Notes: generated from the sequence alone by a model not told the origin. Positions 40,401-51,291 are shown, counted from the stretch's first letter. The stretch: 64,000 nucleotides of DNA from Escherichia coli (GCF_011045215.1 NZ_CP049201.1), one strand, 5' to 3'. Numbers and translations: made by a program.

Positions 40401-43400
40401 GCTCATCAGTCCGGATTTTTTCTCCTGTTTCAGGTGTGTTTCACGGTTGCTTTCTGTCAGCGTTCCGATACTCAGGTTATTTCCGGCAGCCAGGGAGACA
40501 CGGTTATCCCCGGCCACACTGCTGCCCGTGACGTTCAGATTATGTCCGGCACCGATACTGACCGTATCCCCGTTCAGTTCACTGCCCGTCATGGTCCGGC
40601 GGTCAGTGACATCATGCGTGGTAGTGGTGGTTTTCGATAACATCCCGCTGTTGCCGGTCACTTTATGGTATTCATCCAGCGAGCGGGTATTCTGTGCACC
40701 GGTCAGCGTCACGTCATGACCCGCCATCAGGGCCAGGCCTTTCTGAGCTGACAGCGATGCCGCCTGTGACGTCATATCCCGTCCGGCGGTCAGCGTGACA
40801 TCACCGTTACCGGCAAGTGTGCTGCCCGTATTCTGTGTGACGCCCTGCGACAGACGATTATTTTTATCCCAGGTAATATTGTCCTGCGCGGATGTGGTCA
40901 CCGTGGAAAGCGTCATATCCCTGCCGGCACTGAGTTGTGTCAGGCTGTCCTTACCCTGATTCACCACCGTTGCCGCCGTCAGATTCATATCCCGTCCGGC
41001 CTGCAGCACCAGTCTTCCCTGGTCGTTCTGCACATACACGCCGGCCACACTGTCGATACTGGTACGTTCAAAATGGTTCTGCCCGGCGTCGCGCTGTGCC
41101 GTACGGGTGGTGGTGGTCAGACTGATATCCCGTCCGGCCATCGCCAGCAGGCTGTCCGTGGCCTGCAGCAGCCCGCCGGTACTGTTAATATCCGTCCGGG
41201 CCGTCAGGCTGACATTTGCTCCCTGAATGGTGCCGGCCTGGTTGTGAATGTTTTCTGCACTGAGCTGCACGGCCTGCTTCCCGGCCAGTTTACCGCTGTT
41301 AAACAGGTCACCATCCAGCTTCATCACCATGTCCCTGCCGGCAATCAGCGCACCGGCACTGTTCACATCACCGGGTTTTACACGGGCATACACCTGAGGT
41401 ACCTGAACCGTCTGCGTGCTGCCGTCCGGCAGTGTCACCGTGGTGTTAACCAGCCAGACAATATCACCGGTCAGTAACGCCATCTGCTCAGCAGTCAGCG
41501 CCACACCTGGTGTCAGGTTGTATTGCTTACCAAATGCAATACCCGCATCCATTAACGCCTTAAACTGCTCTTCATCATTACTGTATCCGTCCAGGTACCG
41601 TTGCCCGGTCAGAGCGACAACCTGCTCACGAATCAGACGCTGTTCGTAAAAACCATCCCCCAGGCGTTTGAGCATGTTATCCCCGTTCTGAGAAAACGCC
41701 TTCTGCATGTAATCACTGCCCAGCCACGTCTTCTGGTTCGTAAAACGCGGGTCCGTTTCAACCAGATATGGCACATTCACTGCCGGATTTGTTTTAAACA
41801 GGCTGCTGTCCGGCAGACGGGTATCCGGCCCGGCAACATGGATACTGCCCTGAGGTGCGCTGACTTCAAACTGCTGCCCCGGCAACAGAATGACCGGTTC
41901 ACCGGCTGACACCACCGGGCGAAGCGGTATCCGGTCAGTAACGGCTACTGTCGCATCCACATTTCCGGTCAGTCCTGTCTGTACATCCGTTCCCTGTGGC
42001 TTCAGGGGAGAAAGCGTGACCTGGCTGCCCTGAACCTGTCCGTGGCTGGTGAGCTCTCCCGGCTTCAGCGTGATGGTCTGAATGACGGGGGGCGGCTCGT
42101 AAGGGGAAATTCTTTCCCCCTGCCTGTCATTTTTATTTTTTCTTTTTATCCGGTAATAATATGTGGATGTCCCTTTATCAGTAACATGGCGCTCTCCGCT
42201 GACACTGACGTTTTCCACATCACCGGCCTGCATATCCAGCAGACCACCTGCAACCACCTGGCTCTTGTCATTAAGCAGTTTGTCTGCCACAACCGTCATG
42301 CCGGCACCGGACAGTATTTTCCCCGGGTCGGAGTCTTTTACCCGGGTTTCCTCCACGGTACGGGTGTATTCATATTTTGTGAACCGGTCGTTGTTATGTC
42401 CGGTATCATCCGGCGTGTTCAGGTTCAGCAGTCCATCAGAGGAGTTGTTATCAATGAACACCCCCTCATCTTTTGCATTCCAGCGGACATCTGACCCGCG
42501 ATGCTGATACTCAGTCACCTTTTCCGTGGAGACCACCACGCGCTCCGTGGTGAAATGGTCATTGACGTTATTGATTTGCCCGGCACTCAGTGTCAGGGAA
42601 CCGGCGGCTTCAATCGTGGCACTGTGATTATTCAGTACACCGGCTTTCCCCGTGGCGGCGCCATTCGCATCCAGCATGCCACCGATATGCATATCACCTG
42701 CACTGTAAATCAGGCTGTGCGTCCGGTTATTCAGGGTCTGTACCCCCAGGTCCACACGCTCACGTCCGGCCAGCGTCGCCGCCACGCCATTTTCATCCAG
42801 ATTATTAAATGTGGCAGCGCTGACACCAACAGCATCGCCGTAGATTCGCCCGGTACCGGAATTCGTCAGGGTGTTCGCCTGAAGATGCGTATATTTCCCG
42901 TCAATCAGCCCACGGTTCAGCAGTGTGTCCGTCACGTTAAGCCAGGTCTGCCCGGCACTGATTTCACCTTTCTCTGTGTTTTCAAGGCGGATGCTGTTCA
43001 GGTCAAGCCGGCTGCCTGCCAGCAGGCTGCCGGTATTAGAGACATCGCCATTAACGGAAAGCGTAAGGTTTCCGTTTGCAATGGTCTGACCACTGTTACT
43101 GAACGCTGTGTTACTTTTCAGCGTTATATCGCCCGGCGAAAGCAGTTTCCCGTCACCACCAAGCTGACCGACATCCACAGAGACTGACTGCCCGGCCTTA
43201 ACCACGCCGTCACGGTTCGAAAACGCCAGCTGACGGCCACTGACAGACAATGTCGCGCCGGAAGAGAGCACGCCATCATTATTACTGAGCGTCCTGTCTG
43301 CCATAACCGTAAGCGCCCTGTCTGCCAGAATACTGCCCTCCTGGTTATCAAGGTCCTGCGTCGTGATGTGTATTGTCTGCGCTTCCAGCCCCTGGCCGGT

Positions 43401-46400
43401 ATTCTGCGTGTGGCGATTGATAAACTGCAGGGCGTTCAGCGTAATGGCAGAACCACTGCGAATCAGACCAGAGACGTTGTCCACAACGCCCCGTACACTG
43501 TCGAACAGAATGTCGCCCACAGACTGTATCTGTCCGTGGCTGTTCTGCAGGCCTCCCGTATGCAGACGGAGTTCACCTTCACTGACCAGCCGGCCACCCT
43601 CACGGTTATCCAGCGAGGTGGTGCTCAGGTCAGCTGTCGTTTTCGCCCCCACGGTCCCGCCCCGGTTATCCATTGCTCCGGTACTGACAGTCAGTTCCTG
43701 CAGGCTGTTCAGCGTACCCCCTCTGTTATCCAGCGTCCGGCCTGCGCTATTAATGCTGATGCCTTTCCCCTGAATAAGACCGGACTGATTGTTCAGCGCC
43801 AGACTGTTCCGGCCGGGCAGACCGGTCGCCACAATCTGACCATTCGCCACCACCTGACCGGATGTATTGTTAACCACGCCTGCAGTCAGGGACAGCGCAT
43901 CTCCCGACAAAAGCACACCGGCAGTGCTGTCCAGTGTGCCGGCATTCAGCGTCATCGGGCCCTGACTGATAACCCCGCCCCGGTCACCACTGTTACGGTT
44001 GCTCAGTGTGTCAGCACGGAGATTCAGTGTGGCACCGCTCTGTATCAGACCACCTGCATCATTGCTGATATCCGTCGAGGAAAGGGTCAGTGACTGCTGT
44101 GCCACCAGTCTGCCGCCCTGATTATCAGAGCGGGTGACATCCAGCCTGCTGTTACCGTTGCTGACCACCGTCCCCTGCTGATTTTCCAGCACATTCAGGT
44201 GCGCATTCAGGTCCCCGCCGGCGGCAAGCGTCCCTTCCTGATTACTGACATCGCCACCACTCAGCAACATATCCGTCCCGGCCTTCAGTGCGCCTTTCTG
44301 GTTCATCAGCGTACCTGACGATATCTGTAATGACGCCTGACTCCCCAGCACGCCCTGACGGTTATCGAGCGTTCCGGCGTTCAGGGTCATATCCTTCTGA
44401 CCCGCCATAAATCCCTGCTGGTTATTCAGCATACCGGCCCGTACTGTCAGGGTACCGGCGCTGCTGATACCACCCCGTGTTTTCGTGTTCCGGTTACTGA
44501 GAACCCCGTCCTGTACATCCAGCGTCATGTCACTGCCGGACTGAATCAGACCATCATCAGAGACCAGTTCGCTGCCTGACACAGACAGCGTTTTCTGTGA
44601 AAGCAGTCTGCCGGACGTATTATCCAGCGCACCATCCAGCGTCACGGACAGCCCGTCAGACACCACCGTACCCTGGTGGTTATTCAGACTCCCTGCCGAA
44701 ATATCCAGCCTGCCGGCGGACTCCATTCGTCCCTCAGTATTGCTGACAGCCTGCTGTGTTTTTATCCTGCCCGTTCCGGCAGCAGCTGAAATCAGTCCGT
44801 TGTCGTTATTCAGTGCCTGTGTATTAATCAGGATGTCACGGCTGGCAATCAGACTTCCCTGCTGGTTATCCACGGCGCCGGTTGTCCTCACCTGCAGACT
44901 ACCTGACTGCGCCGCCTGCACTTTCCCCCTGCGATTATCAAGGCTCAGTGCATCCAGGCGCACCGCGCCATTTGCCGCAAGCAGCCCTTCCCGGTTATCC
45001 ACACCTCCCGGCAGGTTCAGTGAAAAATCCCCTGTTCCCGTCTGAATCAGTTTACCCCTGTGGTTTGACAGGCTCTGTGCTGATATCTGCAGTGTGTCGG
45101 CATTTATCGTGCCGTCATTATTGCTGAACTGCCCGGCAGTCCGGGCGGAAAGCGTACCGGCACTCAGTTGCGCATTTTGCGTGAACAGATTTCCGCTGCC
45201 TGCATCCAGCTCAGTATGTTGTCCCTGTATCCGGCTGTTGCTTAAATCCAGCCCCTGCCCCTTCAGTTGCATGTCCCCACCGGACAGAACCTGTCCGTGT
45301 GCCGCCAGTTCGCCGGTGGTACTGACAGTCAGGTTGCCCGCTGCCGCCAGACGTCCGTCATCTTTCACCCCGGCGGCCAGCAGACTCCGCTCACCGCCGG
45401 TCAGACGCGCTGTCTGAATCCGGGTGTTGCGACGTGATGCCACAGAGCCTGTATGGGTGAATACACCATCACTCTGTATCTGCGTATCCTGCCCCGCATA
45501 AACAGAACCACTGTTATGCAGCTCCCGGGTTGTCACCAGATGCACATCCGTTTTCGCACTGATACTGCCACTGTTTTCAATTCGTCCGTCAGCCGTCAGG
45601 GTAACCGCCCCTGCCTGCGCACCAATATGACCGGCGTTACGAACACCCACCCCCGTTTCCGTACCGACAAGGCGAATTTTTCCGGCATACATTCCACCAA
45701 GGCTGGACACATCCAGCGCCACCTGTGGCTGCGAAGAGGCATCAGCGGCTTTTTTCTCAGTCTGCCCGTGTGCAATATCCACATTGTTACGTCCGGTGGT
45801 CACTTTCAGGTCCTGCGCCCAGATACCCGCATTAATCTTCACAGACCGGGCAATGATATCGGTATAATCCGTGCGCGAGGCATCCATCCCTTTGCCCGTA
45901 ATCTGAATCTCACCACGTTCAACACTGAATCCGGTCAGACTGCCGTTTTTCATCTGAGGCTGCCCCGTGGTCAGCGTGGCCCGGTTCGCATTAATAAAAC
46001 CGCACCCGTCGCAACTGATGCCGGCCGGGTTCGCAATCACCACCTGCGCCTTTTTCCCGGCAACCTCAACAAAACCGTTCAACTGGCTGGGATTGCGACT
46101 GTTCACTTCATTAAGAATGATTCGGGCCTCTCCCTTCGCCAGCCACGGGTTACCGGCAACCATGCCGCCCAGTTGGGTCTGCACATTTTTATGCGAGTTA
46201 TTCAGAATGACACCCTGATGACTGACATCAAACTGACTGTAAGTATTGTGCGATACCCCACCTGCAGAAGGTGTCTGGATATTGACCTGAGGAATGCCGC
46301 TGGCTGTCTGCGTAATCGTGGGCTGCTGATGCCCCGGTGCGCCATGGTCTGCGACAATGCCTGCAGCACTGACAGAATGCACCATCCCCGAGGCCAGCCA

Positions 46401-46565
46401 CAGGGAGAATGCAAGCGATGTGACACGGCAGATACGTTGCCTGCGTGGATATCCTGTACGGGAGGAGGGTGATGCACCGGCGCGACCGGAACGGGCAATA
46501 TCTGCCACCACCATCAGCATTCCCCGGGCTTTGTTAAAAATAATGCGGTAACAATTTTTGTTCAT
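37491..46565 (-). CDS. cdiA: CdiA contact-dependent growth inhibition exoprotein (two-partner secretion TpsA), 3024 aa; CT toxin 37494..38246 after VENN at 38247..38258
   Basis: Extended signal peptide MNKNCYRIIFNKARGMLMVVADIA, TPS domain, long hemagglutinin-type repeats, VENN motif (TTVENNYLSSKQ) 251 codons before the stop. Confidence 0.9.
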   Translation of the reverse strand: MNKNCYRIIFNKARGMLMVVADIARSGRAGASPSSRTGYPRRQRICRVTSLAFSLWLASGMVHSVSAAGIVADHGAPGHQQPTITQTASGIPQVNIQTPSAGGVSHNTYSQFDVSHQGVILNNSHKNVQTQLGGMVAGNPWLAKGEARIILNEVNSRNPSQLNGFVEVAGKKAQVVIANPAGISCDGCGFINANRATLTTGQPQMKNGSLTGFSVERGEIQITGKGMDASRTDYTDIIARSVKINAGIWAQDLKVTTGRNNVDIAHGQTEKKAADASSQPQVALDVSSLGGMYAGKIRLVGTETGVGVRNAGHIGAQAGAVTLTADGRIENSGSISAKTDVHLVTTRELHNSGSVYAGQDTQIQSDGVFTHTGSVASRRNTRIQTARLTGGERSLLAAGVKDDGRLAAAGNLTVSTTGELAAHGQVLSGGDMQLKGQGLDLSNSRIQGQHTELDAGSGNLFTQNAQLSAGTLSARTAGQFSNNDGTINADTLQISAQSLSNHRGKLIQTGTGDFSLNLPGGVDNREGLLAANGAVRLDALSLDNRRGKVQAAQSGSLQVRTTGAVDNQQGSLIASRDILINTQALNNDNGLISAAAGTGRIKTQQAVSNTEGRMESAGRLDISAGSLNNHQGTVVSDGLSVTLDGALDNTSGRLLSQKTLSVSGSELVSDDGLIQSGSDMTLDVQDGVLSNRNTKTRGGISSAGTLTVRAGMLNNQQGFMAGQKDMTLNAGTLDNRQGVLGSQASLQISSGTLMNQKGALKAGTDMLLSGGDVSNQEGTLAAGGDLNAHLNVLENQQGTVVSNGNSRLDVTRSDNQGGRLVAQQSLTLSSTDISNDAGGLIQSGATLNLRADTLSNRNSGDRGGVISQGPMTLNAGTLDSTAGVLLSGDALSLTAGVVNNTSGQVVANGQIVATGLPGRNSLALNNQSGLIQGKGISINSAGRTLDNRGGTLNSLQELTVSTGAMDNRGGTVGAKTTADLSTTSLDNREGGRLVSEGELRLHTGGLQNSHGQIQSVGDILFDSVRGVVDNVSGLIRSGSAITLNALQFINRHTQNTGQGLEAQTIHITTQDLDNQEGSILADRALTVMADRTLSNNDGVLSSGATLSVSGRQLAFSNRDGVVKAGQSVSVDVGQLGGDGKLLSPGDITLKSNTAFSNSGQTIANGNLTLSVNGDVSNTGSLLAGSRLDLNSIRLENTEKGEISAGQTWLNVTDTLLNRGLIDGKYTHLQANTLTNSGTGRIYGDAVGVSAATFNNLDENGVAATLAGRERVDLGVQTLNNRTHSLIYSAGDMHIGGMLDANGAATGKAGVLNNHSATIEAAGSLTLSAGQINNVNDHFTTERVVVSTEKVTEYQHRGSDVRWNAKDEGVFIDNNSSDGLLNLNTPDDTGHNNDRFTKYEYTRTVEETRVKDSDPGKILSGAGMTVVADKLLNDKSQVVAGGLLDMQAGDVENVSVSGERHVTDKGTSTYYYRIKRKNKNDRQGERISPYEPPPVIQTITLKPGELTSHGQVQGSQVTLSPLKPQGTDVQTGLTGNVDATVAVTDRIPLRPVVSAGEPVILLPGQQFEVSAPQGSIHVAGPDTRLPDSSLFKTNPAVNVPYLVETDPRFTNQKTWLGSDYMQKAFSQNGDNMLKRLGDGFYEQRLIREQVVALTGQRYLDGYSNDEEQFKALMDAGIAFGKQYNLTPGVALTAEQMALLTGDIVWLVNTTVTLPDGSTQTVQVPQVYARVKPGDVNSAGALIAGRDMVMKLDGDLFNSGKLAGKQAVQLSAENIHNQAGTIQGANVSLTARTDINSTGGLLQATDSLLAMAGRDISLTTTTRTAQRDAGQNHFERTSIDSVAGVYVQNDQGRLVLQAGRDMNLTAATVVNQGKDSLTQLSAGRDMTLSTVTTSAQDNITWDKNNRLSQGVTQNTGSTLAGNGDVTLTAGRDMTSQAASLSAQKGLALMAGHDVTLTGAQNTRSLDEYHKVTGNSGMLSKTTTTTHDVTDRRTMTGSELNGDTVSIGAGHNLNVTGSSVAGDNRVSLAAGNNLSIGTLTESNRETHLKQEKKSGLMSSGGVGFSVGSQSLKVTDTATDTTQKGSTVGSVHGDVSLQAGNRLTVNGSDLIAGRDMALSGKEVSITAATDRHVQTHTVEQKTSGLTLALSGTAGSALNTTVETVQAAKSAGNSRLEALQGVKAALSGAQAVQAGRLAEAQGNQKENNNTVGISLSYGSQSSKSEQQSEQTVAKGSTLTAGNNLSIQATGSGVKGVDGDLTIQGGQIKAGNNVLLQANRDVNLVSAENTSKLEGKNTSSGGSVGVGIGVGPGGPGFSLSASANQGKGSEKGNGTTHTETTVDAGNRLTIISGRDTTLTGAQAGGETVKVDAGRHLTLTSEQDSDRYDSKQQNASAGGSFTFGSMSGSASVNLSRDKMHSNYDSVQEQTGIFAGRGGFDVTTGQHTQLNGAVIASTATADKNRLDTGTLGFSDTENRADFKTEHQSAGLSTGGSVAGNFLGNMANNLLVGANHEGHADSTTQSAVSAGNITIRDTQSQKQDVADLNRDVAHANQTLSPIFDREKEQQRLQQAQLIGEIGNQVADIARTEGQIAGEKAKRDPAALNQARAELEAAGKPYTEQDVAQRAYNNGMAASGFGTGGKYQQAIQAATAAVQGLAGGNLSAALAGGAAPYIAEIIKQTTPDGAGRVAAHAVVNAALSLAQGKNALAGAAGAATGEVVGMIATQMYGKPVSELSETEKQTVSTLATVAAGLAGGLVGDSGASAVAGAQSGKTTVENNYLSSKQIDAWSAEMKSCQAKGGDCGGIIKKYEELSTAQQKQLISDCAASPATCQQKYGDVLTDSLAVKQAIDRALGEDIPIKMVYDLTATFAQQMQAEGVVATNKVSEALQEEYGLDEVQAGIVASAAASAFGGISKVKGNSQPKIEQILKPEKNWETARNKALDLVGNLGADSKPVIGRLEVSAGNGKVIGRQSSDGKVGWRVDYDPEKGTHINIWDYSQGKGPGKAVKQVIPFEGNEKSFETILKQLNR

Positions 46566-46580
46566 TCTGATAAACCTGAC

Positions 46581-47108
46581 TTATCTCTCCGGCACATCCA
46601 CAGCAAGCGGGTGCTGCACACGCCACTGGCGCGCCTCTTCACGACTGACCTGTGCACCCCGGAAATTCATCACCCGCAACCCGGTCTGCTGCCCACGGTG
46701 GTACAGCGAACGCCAGCACAGACGGGGAAAAATATCCTGCCGGACAAGACGACTCATATCCGGGGTATGTCCAAAAGGGGCAATCCAGTCACAGACCCAC
46801 ATCCGGTCGCCGCTGTTCCAGTCCGACTGAGGCATGAGAATTGCCGGCTGCGTAAGATAACGCGCCTCTGCCTCCGGGCTGAGCCAGGCCTGGCTCATGA
46901 AGAAAACCGGTCGCCCCTGCTCTGTTGCCACCACATACTGTCGGTGCTTAATCACCGGCAGCAGCAGGTCCGGCAGGGTATGCAGTGGCGCATCACGATG
47001 CAGGGGGGAGTGCATCCACAACCAGACGGCCGCCCCCAGGACTTCCGCCTCATTGACCGGCTCACCGGAATACAGGGGACTCAGAACGTCATATTTCCCG
47101 TTACGCAT
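46581..47108 (-). CDS. cdiC: CdiC, HlyC/RtxC-family toxin-activating lysine acyltransferase
   Basis: 175-aa ORF between the TpsB and TpsA genes; size and position typical of RTX-activating acyltransferases. Confidence 0.7.
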   Translation of the reverse strand: MRNGKYDVLSPLYSGEPVNEAEVLGAAVWLWMHSPLHRDAPLHTLPDLLLPVIKHRQYVVATEQGRPVFFMSQAWLSPEAEARYLTQPAILMPQSDWNSGDRMWVCDWIAPFGHTPDMSRLVRQDIFPRLCWRSLYHRGQQTGLRVMNFRGAQVSREEARQWRVQHPLAVDVPER

Positions 47109-47117
47109 GAAACTTTC

Positions 47118-48857
47118 TCAGAAATCCCGGAACAGATTAAAACCGGCTGTCACATCACTCGTCATAAAACCCGCCGGCTTTGAAAACGGACGACCGATGA
47201 AAACGTCATAATCCGTACTGAACAGTTGCCCCCTCAGCCCCACAACACCACCAGCCAGATGACGTCCCACCAGGTATTCACTGCCGGCTCCCCCCACCTC
47301 GCCGTAATCCATTCCCAGATATAACTCCTGCTCCGGCAGTGGCGTACGCCAGGCCAGGTCGTTGCGGATATACCAGCCGTTACTGGCATTCAGCGTTCGC
47401 TCCCCGTCAAAACCACGAACCGTCCAGCGGTTACCGATGGCAAACTGTTCCTGTGGGGTCAGCGGGGTATTGCTCAGCTGGCGCTGATACCGGAAGGAAT
47501 AACTGAAGGGCTGCCCTGCAAGGGTAAAGGGCAGATTAAAGGATGCATTCAACTGCAGGATCTTACTGAGCGCCGTTGCCTCACCGAACGTTTCTTCCGG
47601 CGCCGGCTGTGCACCAAACCAGCGGGTTCCCCGTTGCCAGCTGACACCAGCATCCAGTGTGGCCTGAGAAATATAATGACGGTGCTGCAGCCCAAGTCGC
47701 CAGGCCGCTGTCTGCCGGCGCTGCACCTGGATTTCCGTATCATTAATGTAGTTACGCGACCTGCGGGCCTGAACATCGTAGGTCAGCACCGTTTTCTGCG
47801 TCCCGTTACGGTGCAGTACCCGGCTCAGCTGCATACCCAGATTCTGACTCTCGCCACTGTACTGGTAATCCTCAACCGCACCAGCTACCGTCTGATGGTA
47901 ATCGTAATCACTGGCGGTGACGGAAAACTGCCAGTAGCCGAAAGGCACAGAGTAATGGGCCGTGTAGTTTTTACTGCCCTTACCCCCGTAATGTGGAAAA
48001 TTACGGGTGGCAGAAACATACAGCAGGTCACTCAGGGAAAAAGGATTATCCAGAGAAAATGTTATACCACCGAGATAACGCCCTGTGCTGCGGGTACCTG
48101 AATCATCAAGCGAAAACCCCAGTCGCCAGTATTTGTCCTGTTTGCGGGTAATAAGAATGTCACTTTCCCCTGGCTGCTCACCGGGTACAATTTCCATATC
48201 AGCCTGCACACCCGGCAGTCGTTGCATATTCTCCAGCCCCTGCTCAATGTCCCGTAAATCCAGCAGAGAACCTTCGTGTGCCGGGAATGAGGAATACAAC
48301 TGAATATAGTCATCACTGTCCGGTGTCAGACGCACATGTCGCACAACACCGGGAATAACAACCAGCCGGAGGATACCGCTTTTTAAATCCTGCGAAGGTG
48401 CCAGAACACGGGTGGTGACATAACCATGATCGACCAGACGGTTCTGCAATGTACTCATCAGCAGATTAATTCCTTTCGCCCCCAGGCAATGCCCGACCGC
48501 CCCGTTGGCGATTTTTTGTAAAGGCAGCCAGTGTGGTAACGCATCAGCCCCCTCCAGTTCCGTCTGTTTAATCTGAAAACAGGGCGTTTCAACAGGAAAA
48601 TTAATCTTACGGGCAAAAGAGCCAGGTGCAGAAAGGCGAACATCAGGGGCTGAAGGCGTCAGTTGTTGCTCAAGGGCTTCCTGACGCTGCTGCTGAATGA
48701 TAAATGCATTATCTCCGCTACGCCGGACATCCGCGGCCTGAAGAGATAAAGGCGATAATAAAACAGACATCAGTGTCAGTGACAGCAAGGACGGACAGCG
48801 CCGGAATACGCTTTGTTCCTCAGCCCTCTCGTTCCTGCAACATAATTTTCCAGTCAA
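47118..48857 (-). CDS. cdiB: CdiB, TpsB/FhaC-family outer-membrane transporter
   Basis: 579-aa ORF with signal peptide ([12 protein letters not shown]), POTRA-like region and C-terminal beta-barrel ending in F; true start may be an internal ATG ~87 nt downstream. Confidence 0.85.
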   Translation of the reverse strand: MTGKLCCRNERAEEQSVFRRCPSLLSLTLMSVLLSPLSLQAADVRRSGDNAFIIQQQRQEALEQQLTPSAPDVRLSAPGSFARKINFPVETPCFQIKQTELEGADALPHWLPLQKIANGAVGHCLGAKGINLLMSTLQNRLVDHGYVTTRVLAPSQDLKSGILRLVVIPGVVRHVRLTPDSDDYIQLYSSFPAHEGSLLDLRDIEQGLENMQRLPGVQADMEIVPGEQPGESDILITRKQDKYWRLGFSLDDSGTRSTGRYLGGITFSLDNPFSLSDLLYVSATRNFPHYGGKGSKNYTAHYSVPFGYWQFSVTASDYDYHQTVAGAVEDYQYSGESQNLGMQLSRVLHRNGTQKTVLTYDVQARRSRNYINDTEIQVQRRQTAAWRLGLQHRHYISQATLDAGVSWQRGTRWFGAQPAPEETFGEATALSKILQLNASFNLPFTLAGQPFSYSFRYQRQLSNTPLTPQEQFAIGNRWTVRGFDGERTLNASNGWYIRNDLAWRTPLPEQELYLGMDYGEVGGAGSEYLVGRHLAGGVVGLRGQLFSTDYDVFIGRPFSKPAGFMTSDVTAGFNLFRDF

Positions 48858-49448
48858 ACGAAAAACCTTTTATTCATGTCATACCAACAATCACCAGCCT
48901 CCTGACGATACCTCCCACCATGTTTTGCGATGGTACGCTACCGCCCTTCCGGTATTTACCCGCATCAACCGGTACCAGAATGTTGAGTAATAAATTTGTC
49001 AACTCTGAATTGGTTTAATTTTGATCATTATAGAATGAAGATCTGAAAATTCTCAATATTGCAGACATATCGATCGATATGTAGTTATCACGTAGTTATT
49101 TATTCCAACTAATATCGCAAAAGCAGCATATTGCAAAACTTATAACCACGGAGAACAAAAAACGACAGAAAATTATTCCGTAAGATGCTTCAAATACAGC
49201 CAGTCAACACTGAAAAAAGTGATTTTTGATTAAAATCATTGAAGTTTATGCAGTACAGAATCTGAGCGGTTCTCAGCGAAAGTCAGAAGAAAGGGAGGTG
49301 AGGTAAAAGGCAGAAATCAGAGTGACAGGAATGCACAAAAAGCAAAAAAAAATCAACAAAACAATAAATTAACATACCCCGAAAAAGCATCCGCAACGTA
49401 CCGGGTAATAACAACAATATCGTGTAAAACAACATTGTTCCGGAAGTT

Positions 49449-49640
49449 ATGTCTGAAGATATCCCGTTACCCAAAGTCGGTCAGCGATACAGAGACGATC
49501 ATGGTGCGCTTGTCACCGTAACCAGTGTTGAGGAAACCCGGGTGGTATTTATGCGGGACGGCTATCCACATCCCTGTATGCGGCCAATGTACAACTTTCC
49601 AGGAAAATTCAAACCCGAACCCCGGGAAGAAACAGAATAA
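49449..49640 (+). CDS. Small hypothetical protein (63 aa)
   Basis: ORF only. Confidence 0.3.
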   Translation: MSEDIPLPKVGQRYRDDHGALVTVTSVEETRVVFMRDGYPHPCMRPMYNFPGKFKPEPREETE

Positions 49641-49692
49641 AACGAAATTCCTGCCGGCAATCACACTGCCTGATGGCAGCATAATCCACTTT

Positions 49693-49926
49693 TTAATTCT
49701 CATCCCCGAAGACAAGCCCAGAAAACCACTCCGGGTGTTCACTGTATGCCGTGTTCAGCGCATCCCAGGAAACGTTTATATAAAAGCTGTCCTGCAATCT
49801 GCGGGTAACAACTTCTGCCAGGCGATTCCGGTTATCCGCCAGTCCGGCATAACCTCTCTCTGCCAGCCACTCATTCAGTTCATGTTCCAGAGACAGATTG
49901 ATAATATCGTAATCGGACCTTGCCAT
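49693..49926 (-). CDS. Small hypothetical protein (77 aa)
   Basis: ORF only. Confidence 0.3.
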   Translation of the reverse strand: MARSDYDIINLSLEHELNEWLAERGYAGLADNRNRLAEVVTRRLQDSFYINVSWDALNTAYSEHPEWFSGLVFGDEN

Positions 49927-50012
49927 TCCCGTTTCCTTAGCACATGTTTTCAGGCACGGGTAAAAGTATAAAGAATGTCATACTGCTGCCAGAGCCCCCC
50001 CTGATGGTCGTA

Positions 50013-50636
50013 TCAGAGATGGTATGCCGGCACTTTGCGGGTTGTTCCCGTCAGGTTATCGTGCACCTCCACATTCGTTGTCACTACCGGCATTCCGCTC
50101 TGTCTTAATCTCAGGACATCAGCCGCAATACGCTGACTGCCAGACCAGAACAGCCCGTCCAGTGCGGTCACCAGTAAACCTGCTTCCAGCGCATACTTCA
50201 GCCGTTCACGGGACGCTTTCACTTCCCGGGCAACCTGCTGATATGGCAATGATGTGTTTTCATTCCCAACCACGCGACGAATACGGTGAGACAGATGATA
50301 CCGGAATGTATCCGGCACACCCGAAAGGCTGGCCTTCAGGCTGTACACGCAGCCAAACCGTTTATCGTTGAACACCACATTTTTCTGGCTGATGCCCCAT
50401 TCTTCACGCAGCGCGGCAATCAGTTGTGGTGTCCGGGTAAGCAGCAAGCGAAAAGGCAGCTCAAAACTGGTGACGTAATCCACATTCAGCAGTGCAATAC
50501 GCAGCCGTTCTTCTGGCCCGGCCCCTGTCTGCCGGCACTCATCCAGAACATCCTGCCACTGCCGACGAAGACGTGGAGATTCATTCAGTTCTGTAAAACA
50601 GTATTTATTCACCAGATAATCAATTCGTGTACGCAT
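50013..50636 (-). CDS. Hypothetical island protein (207 aa)
   Basis: ORF with reasonable coding potential; no motif recognised. Confidence 0.5.
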   Translation of the reverse strand: MRTRIDYLVNKYCFTELNESPRLRRQWQDVLDECRQTGAGPEERLRIALLNVDYVTSFELPFRLLLTRTPQLIAALREEWGISQKNVVFNDKRFGCVYSLKASLSGVPDTFRYHLSHRIRRVVGNENTSLPYQQVAREVKASRERLKYALEAGLLVTALDGLFWSGSQRIAADVLRLRQSGMPVVTTNVEVHDNLTGTTRKVPAYHL

Positions 50637-50895
50637 AATATAGATTCAGGAAACAATAAAAGCTGAATAAGCCCATATTTCATTGGGAAAACTGCAGTGT
50701 CAATACCAAAATGTTGCTCAAATCGTAGTAGAAGTATGGGATGTAGCGTTCAGGGTATTAAGAAACTTTTAGTTGACTACGATTGGTAAAATACATTAAT
50801 TTTTATTGCGGTTGCGTTTAATAGACTGCGGAGCGTGTTAACGCTCTAAATAAAAGTACTTAAGATGGCATAAATGTTACAAGACCAGGATAATT

Positions 50896-51291
50896 ATGGC
50901 TGAATTTACTGTAAGATCGAAGGATGAACTCGAAAAAGCTCAAAACAGCAGAGCTGAAATTATAATTATTGAAGGAGAGTTAGCAAATAAAATTAAAAAA
51001 GCAAAGGCTGTAACAAAAGTAAGTGGTGTTGTTATTGCTGCCATGATCGCAACTTGTGCTACTATTCCACTCACTGGTGGAGGTTCTGTTTTAGCTGTTA
51101 GTTCTTTAGCTGCATTATCCGGACTTGATATCGCTGTTATTATTGCTGCAGCATCCATTGGTATTGCTCTGGTTATTACTGTTTTCCGCGATTACGAAGA
51201 AATTGAATTTAGCAATGGAAAGATGATATTAAAGTTAAAACGTAAAAAAACTGAGTCTACAACTGACAAAAATGAGAAAAAGCAGAAGTGA
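50896..51291 (+). CDS. Small membrane protein with glycine-zipper-like hydrophobic core and lysine-rich tail (131 aa)
   Basis: Strong RBS region (ccaggataattATG); AT-rich. Confidence 0.5.
   Translation: MAEFTVRSKDELEKAQNSRAEIIIIEGELANKIKKAKAVTKVSGVVIAAMIATCATIPLTGGGSVLAVSSLAALSGLDIAVIIAAASIGIALVITVFRDYEEIEFSNGKMILKLKRKKTESTTDKNEKKQK

Noticed and set aside
37554-46551. Numerous long plus-strand ORFs (for example 38508..39626 372 aa, 45453..46472 339 aa, 43368..44093 241 aa) antisense to cdiA
   Set aside because: They lie entirely within the 9 kb cdiA coding region on the opposite strand; the high-GC repetitive sequence suppresses stop codons in several frames. Their products are low-complexity (R/P/C/T-rich) with no start or RBS context, so they are treated as spurious.
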